A stretch of 64,000 bases of DNA from an uncultured Candidatus Saccharibacteria bacterium (GTDB taxonomy: Bacteria; Patescibacteriota; Saccharimonadia; Saccharimonadales; Saccharimonadaceae): positions 6,316-70,315 of the forward strand of contig CAYNWV010000002.1 of the NCBI GenBank assembly GCA_964401035.1. The letters run 5' to 3'. Both the position numbers and the translations under genes were made by a program. Under the pieces are notes generated by a model, which was not told the origin of the DNA, searched no databases, and saw only the letters and a list, made by a program, of their open reading frames with translations. Positions 34,341-43,571 of the stretch are shown in pieces. Positions within the stretch are counted from its first letter, which is position 1, and each line of letters opens with the position of its first letter.

Positions 34341-34421
34341 CACCTCCAGACTATTTCAACTGCTGAAATAGTCTGGAGGTGCCAGGTGCACGAAGTTTCT
34401 CGAAAGAAACACCATGCACCT
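34341..34421 (-). terminator. two long perfect hairpins in the 3' region of the islet D membrane-protein gene
   Basis: 18-bp perfect stem CACCTCCAGACTATTTCA/TGAAATAGTCTGGAGGTG (34341-81). Nested hairpin AGGTGCA..GTTTCT-CGAA-AGAAAC..TGCACCT (34384-421). Confidence 0.5.
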
Positions 34422-34431
34422 GTCGCGCGCC

Positions 34432-34746
34432 TCAGAAGTTGATGCCGATACTCGGCAACCACTTCGGCAGGAACGAGAAGATCAACCAGAAGAGGCCGAA
34501 CATCACCGGAACGATGAACGCCCAGATGGCGATGGCGACCTTCCAGTTGGCGATCAGGCTGCCGCCGACGATCAGACCGAGGCCGAGACCGGCCAGCGTG
34601 ATCGTCATCGGCAGCGGTAGACCACCGAAGAACAGCGCCGCGACGATCACAATGGCCGGGATGACACCCGACATCATGATCCATGTTCCGACATTCAGCC
34701 GGCGCTCGTCACGATCAACAGTGACGAAGTCTGCAGTAGTGCTCAT
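34432..34746 (-). CDS. hypothetical 104-aa polytopic membrane protein (GC-rich islet D)
   Basis: AGGAGAAAA RBS adjacent to the ATG. About 3 hydrophobic helices. By my hand count 85 of 104 codons end in G/C, all Phe codons are TTC, and all but one Ile codon are ATC. Confidence 0.7.
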   Translation of the reverse strand: MSTTADFVTVDRDERRLNVGTWIMMSGVIPAIVIVAALFFGGLPLPMTITLAGLGLGLIVGGSLIANWKVAIAIWAFIVPVMFGLFWLIFSFLPKWLPSIGINF

Positions 34747-34874
34747 TTTTCTCCTGTAGCGTAGTGGGCTCGACTCTGTTGTAGAACCCGCATCAACGAC
34801 CTGGTAGTGCCAGGCTACTGATACAGGTTCTACTTCTTAAGGCGCGATTGAGTCTTGTTAGACTCAATAACTCT

Positions 34875-34903
34875 ATCTTAGCACAATCGTTATGTTTTGT
34901 CAA
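34875..34903 (-). promoter_or_regulatory. promoter of the islet D membrane-protein gene
   Basis: On the minus strand: TTGACA-17 nt-TGcTAAGAT. Predicts a ~115-nt leader containing TTGAGTCT-AACA-AGACTCAA and the GTAGAACC...GGTTCTAC helix. Confidence 0.6.
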
Positions 34904-34979
34904 TCTAATTATGCTTTCCTCGAATCTCATCTACACGACTTATATCTGTAACGGCAGGCAGTTTGTTACAATAGTACAT

Positions 34980-35990
34980 ATGTACGATATTGTGAAGCAG
35001 CGGATTGATGCCGCGCAGAGTATAGTGGTGATACAACCTGAAAACCCAGATGGCGACAGCCTGGGGAGTTCGCTGGCGCTCGAAGAGATCCTGGGCGACC
35101 TAGGAAAAGACGTCACGCTGTACTGTGCTATCGATATGCCGAAATACCTGCGCTACATCGACGGCTGGGATAGGGTCACCAATGAGTGGTCCGGGCAGTC
35201 CGATCTAGCACTGATCGTGGATACGGCGGCCGAAGCCTTGCTCCAAAAAGCCCTCTCGACACCTGGTATCCGCCACTTCTTCGAATCACACCCAGTCATC
35301 GTCCTCGATCACCACGGCGAACTCGACGAAGACGAACCGACCAACGATCTGCCGTTCCCGCACGAGTTTATATTGAGCAGTAGTGCCGCGAGCACCAGCG
35401 AGTTGATTTGGGAGATTGCCCAGGCACATGACTGGCCCATCAACGCGCAGGCAGCCACCAGCATGTATAGCAGTATCGCAGCTGACACTTTAGGCATGAC
35501 GACTCAGGGTGCTACCGCACAAACCTTTGCAGTCGTGGCTGATCTGGTAAAATCCGGTGCAAAACCCTATGAAATCGAAACCAAGCGGCGCGAGTACATG
35601 AAAAAACCAGCCGATATCTTGGCTTACAAAGCCCAGCTGATCGAACGCATCGAATACCACCTGGACGGCAAATTAGCCACCGTGCACATACCGTGGGAAG
35701 ACATCCAGGAATACAGCGACCGCTACAACCCGAGTATCCTGGTACTCGATGAAATGCGTCTAGTGGAGGGCGTAGAGGTCGCCTGCGCTATAAAAACCTA
35801 TCCTGATGGCAAGTTGACCGGCAAACTGCGCTGCAATACACCAGTCGCCAGTACAATTGCTGGCTACTTTGGCGGTGGTGGCCATAGTTATGCAGCGGGA
35901 TTTAAAGTCAACGAAAGCCTGGACATCATACTGCCAGAGGTACTAACAGCAACCGAGAAAGCCCTGCGCGATGGCACTGAAACTGCATAA
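34980..35990 (+). CDS. nrnA: DHH/DHHA1 phosphoesterase (NrnA-like oligoribonuclease / pAp phosphatase)
   Basis: PDGDSLGSSLAL, VLDHHGE, GGGGHSYAAGF. ATG 34980 lies 7 nt after TGtTACAAT. The TTG at 34848 in the ORF track would read through the divergent promoter. Confidence 0.8.
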   Translation: MYDIVKQRIDAAQSIVVIQPENPDGDSLGSSLALEEILGDLGKDVTLYCAIDMPKYLRYIDGWDRVTNEWSGQSDLALIVDTAAEALLQKALSTPGIRHFFESHPVIVLDHHGELDEDEPTNDLPFPHEFILSSSAASTSELIWEIAQAHDWPINAQAATSMYSSIAADTLGMTTQGATAQTFAVVADLVKSGAKPYEIETKRREYMKKPADILAYKAQLIERIEYHLDGKLATVHIPWEDIQEYSDRYNPSILVLDEMRLVEGVEVACAIKTYPDGKLTGKLRCNTPVASTIAGYFGGGGHSYAAGFKVNESLDIILPEVLTATEKALRDGTETA

Positions 35991-37545
35991 TACACTCACA
36001 AAAAAAGTTGAGGAGTTCACGCCGCTGACCGCTGGCAAAGTAACACTCTATACCTGTGGACCAACTGTCTACGACTATCCACACGTCGGCAACTGGGCAT
36101 CGTATGTCTACTGGGACACGCTCGTCCGCACCCTGATCGCTCATGGCTATGCGGTCGAACGCGTTATGAATATCACTGATGTCGGCCATCTGGTAAGCGA
36201 TGCTGATGATGGCGAGGACAAGCTCGAAAAAGGCGCCCGGCGGGAGGGCAAGACTGCTTGGGAAATCGCTGAATTTTATGCCGAAGATTTCCTAAACGGT
36301 ATGGAAAAACTGGGTCTGATCCCGCCAGAACATATCACCAAAGCGACTGATTTTATCGATCAACAAATTGAGCTGATCCGTGTCCTCAAAGAAAAGGGGC
36401 ACACTTACCAGACGACCGATGGAATCTACTTTGACACCTCGACATTTCCGGCCTATGCGGACTTCGCGCATCTCGATCTCGCAGCGCAGCGCGCCGGTGC
36501 CAGGGTCGAAGCCAACGATGAAAAGCGCCAACCGTGGGATTTTGCACTCTGGAAGTTCACGCCTGTCGGTCAGAAGCGCGACATGGAATGGGAGACACCG
36601 GATGATTTGCTAGAATTACCGAGAGCCGAGGAGCCTGTCGACTCTGACGAAACATCTGCAGCCCGAGCTTCTGCCGATGCGTACTCGACAGAAGCGCGGC
36701 GCGAAGCCGTTTCGGATGGGTCGCAGGCGAGTCCGGCGGGACAAACTGTCATGGGATTTCCCGGCTGGCATCTTGAATGCAGCGCTATGGCTATGAGCAT
36801 CCTGGGGCCGACCATCGATATCCACACCGGCGGCATCGACCATATACCCGTGCACCATACCAACGAAGTTGCCCAAAGCGAAGCTGCTAGCGGTCAGAAG
36901 TTTGCAAACTATTGGCTCCACAACAACCACCTAAAAATTGACGGTAGTAAAATCAGCAAATCGCTTGGCAACGGCTATACTCTCCAGGATCTCGAAGAAA
37001 AAGGTTTCTCACCGCTAGATCTACGCATGTTTATTTTGCAAAGCCAGTTTGTCAGCGAAGGTAATTTTACCTGGGAGAATCTAGAGGCGGCAAAAAATCG
37101 GCTGCATAACTGGCGAAACTATGCAGCACTACGACACCAGACACATGACCGATTACAGAGTGATGATGACAAAAAGACAGTCAGCCATGTCACATTTGAC
37201 AGCGCACCAGACGCCATCAAGACTGCTCTAGCCGATAACCTCAACACACCCGAAGCTTTGCACGCAGTCGATGCGGCCTTTCAGACACTTGACGGCGCCG
37301 AACTAGACACTGTCAACCGCGGTAGTTTCGTGGCTTTTATTGACAATATCGATGAGCTGCTGGGGCTGCAGCTAGCCACTTCGACGCCAGATATCAGCGA
37401 TGACCAAAAACGCCTCATCCTGGAGCGCCAGCGCGCCCGCGATGCCAAAGACTGGCAGCGCTCAGACGCGATTCGCGATGAATTATTACAAAGCGACATA
37501 GCGCTCAACGACACGCAATACGGAACGGTCTGGAGTTATCGCTAA
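35971..37545 (+). CDS. cysS: cysteine--tRNA ligase with a ~50-aa internal insertion
   Basis: HVGN (YPHVGNWASY), GFPGWHLECSAM, KISKSLGN. Confidence 0.95.
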   Translation: MALKLHNTLTKKVEEFTPLTAGKVTLYTCGPTVYDYPHVGNWASYVYWDTLVRTLIAHGYAVERVMNITDVGHLVSDADDGEDKLEKGARREGKTAWEIAEFYAEDFLNGMEKLGLIPPEHITKATDFIDQQIELIRVLKEKGHTYQTTDGIYFDTSTFPAYADFAHLDLAAQRAGARVEANDEKRQPWDFALWKFTPVGQKRDMEWETPDDLLELPRAEEPVDSDETSAARASADAYSTEARREAVSDGSQASPAGQTVMGFPGWHLECSAMAMSILGPTIDIHTGGIDHIPVHHTNEVAQSEAASGQKFANYWLHNNHLKIDGSKISKSLGNGYTLQDLEEKGFSPLDLRMFILQSQFVSEGNFTWENLEAAKNRLHNWRNYAALRHQTHDRLQSDDDKKTVSHVTFDSAPDAIKTALADNLNTPEALHAVDAAFQTLDGAELDTVNRGSFVAFIDNIDELLGLQLATSTPDISDDQKRLILERQRARDAKDWQRSDAIRDELLQSDIALNDTQYGTVWSYR

Positions 37546-37546
37546 C

Positions 37547-37577
37547 AAAAAAACCCGGCTAGATGAGCCGGATTTTT
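37547..37577. terminator. bidirectional intrinsic terminator (cysS / AI-2E transporter)
   Basis: CCGGCT / AGCCGG stem flanked by an A7 run and a T5 run. Confidence 0.7.
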
Positions 37578-37590
37578 AGTAAAAGCTAGG

Positions 37591-38733
37591 TTAGGCTTTT
37601 TTGCTCTCAAGCTTGGCACGAGCGGCACGCGCGGCACGGCGAGCCTCGTCAGCCTGGCGTTCCTCGTTCACTTTATCGACGTATTCTTCAGCCAAAATCT
37701 TCAGGCAGCCCGCTAGCGGGATGGCGATAATACCGCCAGGCAGCCCAAGCATGAAGATACCGATTGTCACCGCCACTAGGATCGACAGTGCGCTCAAGTT
37801 GATTGATTTCGCCTGTACAGCCGGCACGATAACGTTGTTCTCGATCTGTTGGTAGATAAAGAAGTAGACGATATAGATGATGGCTGCCGGAATACTATTG
37901 AGGGCGATCAAGATCGCAGCGAGCGCTCCAGCGATTGTGGCACCGAACATTGGGATCATCGACAAGACAAACGACATTGCAGCAACCGGTAGCGCCAGAC
38001 TCGATGGAATCTCGTGGAAAAATAGGCTGAGTATAAACACCGCTAGCCCTGCCGCCACACCATCGATAGCTGACACCGTCACCTGACCAGTCACATACCC
38101 AGTGACAACGTTGTACATGCGATCGAGGAGCTTTTTGTGGTAACGCATTTTACCGTTATCGCGGTAGAGCAGCCAGACACGCTTTGCCCATTCGGGACCT
38201 TCCACTAGCATGAAAAACGTCATAAATAGCACGATAAGCGAGGTCGTAAAGAACGTCAGAACTGACCCGAGACCGCTCACAAAGCTTTGTCCTAGGTTAC
38301 CCGCCCATGAGAACATACTACTTTTAACATTTTCGACAGCCGAATCAATCTGTGGCTGGAGGTTATGGCGCTGGATCAGGTCATTGAGTCCGCCCCACTG
38401 ATGTCTCGCGTTCTCAACAAGAGAGGGAAAGTTGTCAGCTAGGTGGGCGCTCTGATCGACGATCGGTGGGATTACCAGAAAAATCAGCGTTCCAAATATC
38501 GCGACAACCGAGATAAAAGCTACGGCGGTCGCGCCGACGCGACTATTACCGGGTAATTTCTTGGATAGCCAGGTGACTGGCCGTGAAAAAGCCAGCGCCA
38601 AAAATAATGAGATCGCCACCAGAACAAGAGCGTTTCGTGCGCCATACAAGAATATCGCGAGAGCCGCGAACCCGATCACGACCAGCCAAAACCGCACGAA
38701 GGTTTTGGTGTCGATTTCAATACGTGTTTTCAT
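37591..38733 (-). CDS. AI-2E family (PerM/UPF0118) transporter
   Basis: About 8 TM helices. Start moved to MKTRIEIDTKTF (ATG 38733). C-terminal Ala/Arg-rich tail. Confidence 0.7.
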   Translation of the reverse strand: MKTRIEIDTKTFVRFWLVVIGFAALAIFLYGARNALVLVAISLFLALAFSRPVTWLSKKLPGNSRVGATAVAFISVVAIFGTLIFLVIPPIVDQSAHLADNFPSLVENARHQWGGLNDLIQRHNLQPQIDSAVENVKSSMFSWAGNLGQSFVSGLGSVLTFFTTSLIVLFMTFFMLVEGPEWAKRVWLLYRDNGKMRYHKKLLDRMYNVVTGYVTGQVTVSAIDGVAAGLAVFILSLFFHEIPSSLALPVAAMSFVLSMIPMFGATIAGALAAILIALNSIPAAIIYIVYFFIYQQIENNVIVPAVQAKSINLSALSILVAVTIGIFMLGLPGGIIAIPLAGCLKILAEEYVDKVNEERQADEARRAARAARAKLESKKA

Positions 38734-38781
38734 AGTAGCTTCAGTATACCACCTGAACCGTAAGCATGGTATCGTAAAGAT

Positions 38782-39531
38782 ATGCAGGACAATACAATTG
38801 TGGATGTGTCCCACTTCATGATGAAGTTCGGTGACAAAACAGTTATCAAAGACTTATCGTTTCAAGTCCAAAGAGGTGAGGTCTTCGGCTTTTTGGGCAG
38901 TAACGGTTCTGGCAAAACCACCACGATTCGGGCGTTGCTCGGACTCTACGAGCCATCGAGCGGCATACTGACAATCGACGGAAAAACTTTCCAGCCTGGT
39001 AAGAGCTCGGTGCGACTGGGCTATCTACCCGAGGAGCGTGGCCTCTATAAAAAAGAAAAAGTGCTGGATGTCATGCGCTATTTTGGCCGCCTGAAGGGTT
39101 TGTCGCCCCACGACGCCGAAGCCTTTTCACTGCGATTTTTGGAACGAGTCGGACTAAGCCATCACGCCCAGACTCGGCTCGACAAATTATCGGGCGGTCA
39201 GCAGCAAAAAGTTCAGCTGGGTGTCACGATTATGGGCGATCCAGAACTGCTGATCCTCGATGAACCGACCAAAGGGTTTGACCCCGTGAATCGACGGCTG
39301 CTGATGGATATTATCGAGGAACACCAAAAGTCCGGTGCGACAATTATCTTTATTACCCATCAGATGGAAGAAGTTGAGCGCTTATGTGACCGCATAATTC
39401 TGCTCAAAGACGGCGTTGCCCGCGCCTATGGTACCGTGGCATCTGTCCGCAAAAAATTTGGGAACAAGAGCCTGGATGACATTTTTGTGACGATCTACGG
39501 CGACGAAAATCAGGAGGAGCACAATGTTTAA
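38782..39531 (+). CDS. ABC transporter ATP-binding protein
   Basis: Walker A GSNGSGKTT, signature LSGGQQQKV, Walker B LLILDEPT. Confidence 0.9.
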   Translation: MQDNTIVDVSHFMMKFGDKTVIKDLSFQVQRGEVFGFLGSNGSGKTTTIRALLGLYEPSSGILTIDGKTFQPGKSSVRLGYLPEERGLYKKEKVLDVMRYFGRLKGLSPHDAEAFSLRFLERVGLSHHAQTRLDKLSGGQQQKVQLGVTIMGDPELLILDEPTKGFDPVNRRLLMDIIEEHQKSGATIIFITHQMEEVERLCDRIILLKDGVARAYGTVASVRKKFGNKSLDDIFVTIYGDENQEEHNV

Positions 39532-40729
39532 TCTCGGCACAGTTTACACGTTTGAAGTTGTCCGGACACTCAAGAAAAAAAGTTTTTGGATTACAGCACT
39601 GATGTTTCCGATCCTGATGATCGTCATCGGCGGCATCATGTACTATTCAAACAAAGCCACTAACGAAGCGGCTGACAAGATGAAGAATGCCACGTTTAGC
39701 ATCATCATGACCGACGAATCCCAGGCGATCTCTCCGCGCTACGTCGAAACACTCAAAATCCAGGCGGCCACGTCGAAAGAGCAGGGGATCGAAGCCGTCA
39801 AAACTGGTAAAGTCGATGCCTATTTTTACTACCCGAGTGATCTCGCCACACAATCCGTCGAAGTCTACGGCAAAAACGTCGGTATATTCGACAATGACAA
39901 ATACCAAGCCGTCGCCAAATACCTACTGACGGAATCGATTGCCGCTGGCGTCAATACGAATGTTTCGAATGTTTTGCGCGGCAACACAAGGTTCATGACA
40001 ACGACCTATCAAAACGGCGCAGTCTACGATGGGCTACAACGTGCCATATTTCCGGGGCTATTTCTAGTACTGTTTTACTTCCTGATCGCCATGTTTGGTG
40101 GTCAAATGCTTACCAGCACGACCGAAGAAAAAGAAAACCGTGTCATGGAAATGATCCTCACAACCGTGGCAGCTCGTACGCTGATCGTTGGCAAGATTTT
40201 GTCGCTGATCACACTGGCCTTTGTCCAAGGTCTGATTGTCGCGACACCGGTCGCCGTCGCTTACTTCTTTTTCCGAGAACAGCTCGCTATTCCAGCGATT
40301 GACCTGACGGCGATTCCGGTCGACCCAGGACGTATCTTGACGGGCGCGGCGCTCTTTGCCTCGAGCTTCTTCTTGTTCACGGGTCTACTCGTCATGATTG
40401 GTGCCGCCAGCCCAACCGCCAAAGAGGCTTCAAATTTCCTGGGCATCGTCATGACACTCCTGTTTGCGCCACTCTATGCTTTTGCACTTTACCTGTCCGC
40501 GCCAGATAGCCTGATTGTCAGGATTTTGACCTATTTCCCGCTGACTGCACCAATTCCGTCACTGATGCGAAATGCCGTTGGCAACCTCAGCCCTTCGGAG
40601 GCCATACTCGTGATTGCAATTCTGGGTATTTCGGCTATCATCGTCATGTTCTTTGCGATTCGCATGTTCAAATACGGTGCTATCGAATATTCGAAAAAAC
40701 TTTCACCGCGCATGTTGTTTAAGAAATAG
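39524..40729 (+). CDS. ABC-2 type transporter permease
   Basis: Overlaps the ATPase gene by 8 nt. N-terminal TM, large extracytoplasmic loop, then 5 C-terminal TM helices. Confidence 0.75.
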   Translation: MFNLGTVYTFEVVRTLKKKSFWITALMFPILMIVIGGIMYYSNKATNEAADKMKNATFSIIMTDESQAISPRYVETLKIQAATSKEQGIEAVKTGKVDAYFYYPSDLATQSVEVYGKNVGIFDNDKYQAVAKYLLTESIAAGVNTNVSNVLRGNTRFMTTTYQNGAVYDGLQRAIFPGLFLVLFYFLIAMFGGQMLTSTTEEKENRVMEMILTTVAARTLIVGKILSLITLAFVQGLIVATPVAVAYFFFREQLAIPAIDLTAIPVDPGRILTGAALFASSFFLFTGLLVMIGAASPTAKEASNFLGIVMTLLFAPLYAFALYLSAPDSLIVRILTYFPLTAPIPSLMRNAVGNLSPSEAILVIAILGISAIIVMFFAIRMFKYGAIEYSKKLSPRMLFKK

Positions 40730-40740
40730 CTTGCCATTAC

Positions 40741-40774
40741 AAAAAGAACGCTCCGACAGAGCGTTCTTTATTTT
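40741..40774. terminator. bidirectional intrinsic terminator
   Basis: AAGAACGCTC-CGACA-GAGCGTTCTT flanked by A- and T-runs. Confidence 0.8.
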
Positions 40775-40791
40775 AGTGACGATAAAAAGGC

Positions 40792-40980
40792 CTACGAGTA
40801 GGCGATCATGACGGCGATCAGCACCAAAAGTGAACCAGCGGCGGCCGAAACGGCATAGGTCATGCGATTTGGGTAAAAATCGACTTTTTGTGATGATTTT
40901 TTAGTTTTAGACGCGACAGGCTTTTTCGCCTTGACGACGCGCGACTTTGTCTGTGTCTTGGATTTCTTTGCTGCTACCAT
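40792..40980 (-). CDS. hypothetical 62-aa Lys-rich tail-anchored membrane protein
   Basis: MVAAKKSKTQTKSRVVKAKKPVASKTKK... followed by the C-terminal helix AVSAAAGSLLVLIAVMIAY. TATGCT box lies 7 nt upstream of the ATG. Confidence 0.5.
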   Translation of the reverse strand: MVAAKKSKTQTKSRVVKAKKPVASKTKKSSQKVDFYPNRMTYAVSAAAGSLLVLIAVMIAYS

Positions 40981-41040
40981 AAGCTATAGCATACTCCATA
41001 GCACTTATGATTAGCAAGATGTTTGCTACAATAGTGGCAG

Positions 41041-43563
41041 ATGAATTATTACTCGAAGTCGGTGGAGGGAGTACTGCGCGAGTTCGATTCGAGTGCCGCT
41101 GGGCTATCGAACATCGAAGTCAGCAAACGACGACGACAGTATGGCGCCAACCGTGTGGTGGTCAAGAAACGTCCGCTCTGGCGACGTGTTGTTCAGCCAT
41201 TTGCCTCGGTTTTTATGATTATCCTGGTTATCGCTGCCGCTATCAGTTTCTGGCACGACGCGCCGGTCGATGGTGCTATCATCCTGGCGGTTATCGTCCT
41301 GAGCGCGCTGATAGATTATATCCAACAGTTTTCGACCGAACGAATCATCCGTTCACTCCAAAAGAAAACCCCACATATTGTCTCTGTTATTCGCGATAAT
41401 ACGACAATCACCTGCCAAGCGAGCGAGCTAGTACCTGGTGATATTGTACTACTCACCGAAGGAGATAAGGTGCCAGCGGACGCCCGACTGATAGCCTGCA
41501 CGTCACTACGGGTTGATGAGTCTCAACTAACTGGTGAATCCGAGCCAGTCACGAAAACACCAGCTAAACTGAGTGGTCGCCAAGAACTCTACGAGCAATC
41601 AAACATGGTCTTTCAGGGTTCGTTTGTGACCGGCGGCAGCGGCCGGGCTGTCGTTATTGCAACCGGTCGCTCGACCGAGTTTGGCCGTATGGCAACGCTA
41701 GCAACAGATACCTCTGAAGAAAGTCCCGTAGGTAAACGTATCGATGCTCTGATTACGAAAGTCATCTTCGCCGTGTCGCTCCTAGCCCTCATTACCTTTG
41801 GTCTAGCCGTCATGCGCGGTATGGAAGCATTTGAAGCCCTGAAGTTTGTTATTGCGGTAGCGGTCAGCGCTGTGCCCGAAGGCCTACCAGTCGCCATATC
41901 AGTTATATTGGCTGTTGGCATGTACCGGATGGCGAAACGCCGCGCGTTGGTACGATCTATGGCTGCGATCGAATCAATCGGTGTCATTACCACTATCGCT
42001 ACCGATAAAACTGGCACGTTAACAAAAAACCAGCTGACTGTTCTGGAGCTCTGGAGCCCGGAGCGTAGCCTCAAGCAACTCAAGCGCACCCTGACGCATG
42101 TGTCATTGCCAAAATCGGCCGATCACCTCGGACGCGATCCACTCGACACGGCACTCGACGACTATGCTCGGCGCTATCGTTTTATACAGCCTCGTCATCT
42201 GCCTGCGCAGACTTTCTCATTTGAGCACACGACTGCCATCAGTGGCACTCTCTACCATGACGGCGAAGATTATACGCTGTATGTCAAAGGCTCGCCTGAG
42301 ACAATTCTCGACCGAGCAGCTTTGACCGAAAACGACCGTGAACGCGCCGTCGCCTGTATTCATCATTACGCCGGTCTCGGCTACCGCGTGATTGCCTTGG
42401 CTCACGCTACAAAAGTGCCCAAGGTCGCTTCGCTCCGTAGACTGCCAGCCACAGCCAAGTTACAGTTTGATGGCCTGATAGCCGTTGCTGATGCCCTGAG
42501 ACCTGAGGCGCGCAGTGCGATCAAACAAGCGCTCCGGGCTGGTATTTCGGTGCGCATGATTACCGGTGACCACTACGAGACCGCCTACCATATTGGGCGT
42601 AAGCTCGGACTCTGCGCGTCACGAAGCGAGGTGTTTGATGCCAGAGAGATGCGCTATATGGGAGACGAGGAGCTGGCAGATGTTCTACCCCACATCCGCG
42701 TCTTTGCCCGGGTAACGCCCGAGCGTAAGCACCGAATTTTGACTATCTTAAAAGAAAACGATATCGCTGCTATGACCGGTGATGGTATCAACGATGTGCC
42801 AGCCCTCACCAATGCCCATGTCGGTATTGCCATGGGGTCGGGAAGTGATATAGCCAAAGATGCTGGAGATATCATACTGCTCAACAACGACTTTGGATCA
42901 ATTGTTGATGCCGTGCACGAAGGCCGCACTATCTTTGCAAACATTCAGCGCATGGTCGCGTACCTGCTATCGACCAACCTGGCCGAAGCCGCAATTTCGA
43001 TTATTGCACTGGCTATGGGCTATCCGATCCCGCTGCTGCCGATTCAGATCTTGTGGATCAACCTCGTGACTGATACAACAATGGTGATTCCGCTTGGGCT
43101 TGAACCACCACGCGATAACACCATGAAGCGCCCACCAATTCGCCCTGGCGCGCCATTGCTGAGCGCCACACTGCTGTCGCGCATGATTATCCTAACGATT
43201 GTTATCACTTGGTTTATCATCGGTGTTTATATCACCTATATGACACGCTACGGCGTGGATTACGCTAGAACAACCGTCTTCTGCGCACTGGTGGCTATAC
43301 AGTGGTCAAGCGCGCTCTGTTTCCGCAGTGGTCACGACCCATTCTGGAAACGCATGTTCACCCGTAATCCATCGTTCTGGTTTGGTATTGTACTCTCAGT
43401 CATACTCCAGATAGTTGCGGTACTCGGACCGCTCGCGCCGCTACTGCATCTCACGAATATATCTTACGGTGATATCGCCTATGTCGGCTTCCTAGCACTG
43501 CTCTTGCCGATCATCACGATCGAGCTCCACAAGTACATCGTCCGGCGCTATTTCAAGAAATAG
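41041..43563 (+). CDS. P-type cation-transporting ATPase (P2, Ca2+-ATPase-like)
   Basis: LTGESEPV, VPEGLPV, DKTGTLT, MITGDH, TGDGINDVPAL. TGcTACAAT lies 8 nt upstream of the ATG. Confidence 0.9.
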   Translation: MNYYSKSVEGVLREFDSSAAGLSNIEVSKRRRQYGANRVVVKKRPLWRRVVQPFASVFMIILVIAAAISFWHDAPVDGAIILAVIVLSALIDYIQQFSTERIIRSLQKKTPHIVSVIRDNTTITCQASELVPGDIVLLTEGDKVPADARLIACTSLRVDESQLTGESEPVTKTPAKLSGRQELYEQSNMVFQGSFVTGGSGRAVVIATGRSTEFGRMATLATDTSEESPVGKRIDALITKVIFAVSLLALITFGLAVMRGMEAFEALKFVIAVAVSAVPEGLPVAISVILAVGMYRMAKRRALVRSMAAIESIGVITTIATDKTGTLTKNQLTVLELWSPERSLKQLKRTLTHVSLPKSADHLGRDPLDTALDDYARRYRFIQPRHLPAQTFSFEHTTAISGTLYHDGEDYTLYVKGSPETILDRAALTENDRERAVACIHHYAGLGYRVIALAHATKVPKVASLRRLPATAKLQFDGLIAVADALRPEARSAIKQALRAGISVRMITGDHYETAYHIGRKLGLCASRSEVFDAREMRYMGDEELADVLPHIRVFARVTPERKHRILTILKENDIAAMTGDGINDVPALTNAHVGIAMGSGSDIAKDAGDIILLNNDFGSIVDAVHEGRTIFANIQRMVAYLLSTNLAEAAISIIALAMGYPIPLLPIQILWINLVTDTTMVIPLGLEPPRDNTMKRPPIRPGAPLLSATLLSRMIILTIVITWFIIGVYITYMTRYGVDYARTTVFCALVAIQWSSALCFRSGHDPFWKRMFTRNPSFWFGIVLSVILQIVAVLGPLAPLLHLTNISYGDIAYVGFLALLLPIITIELHKYIVRRYFKK

Positions 43564-43571
43564 CCAAATGT

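Noticed and set aside
34848-34979. The TTG-initiated N-terminal extension of the NrnA-like ORF in the track.
   Set aside because: The extension would run through the divergent promoter of the islet D gene and the gene's own TGtTACAAT box. ATG 34980 gives a normal DHH N-terminus.
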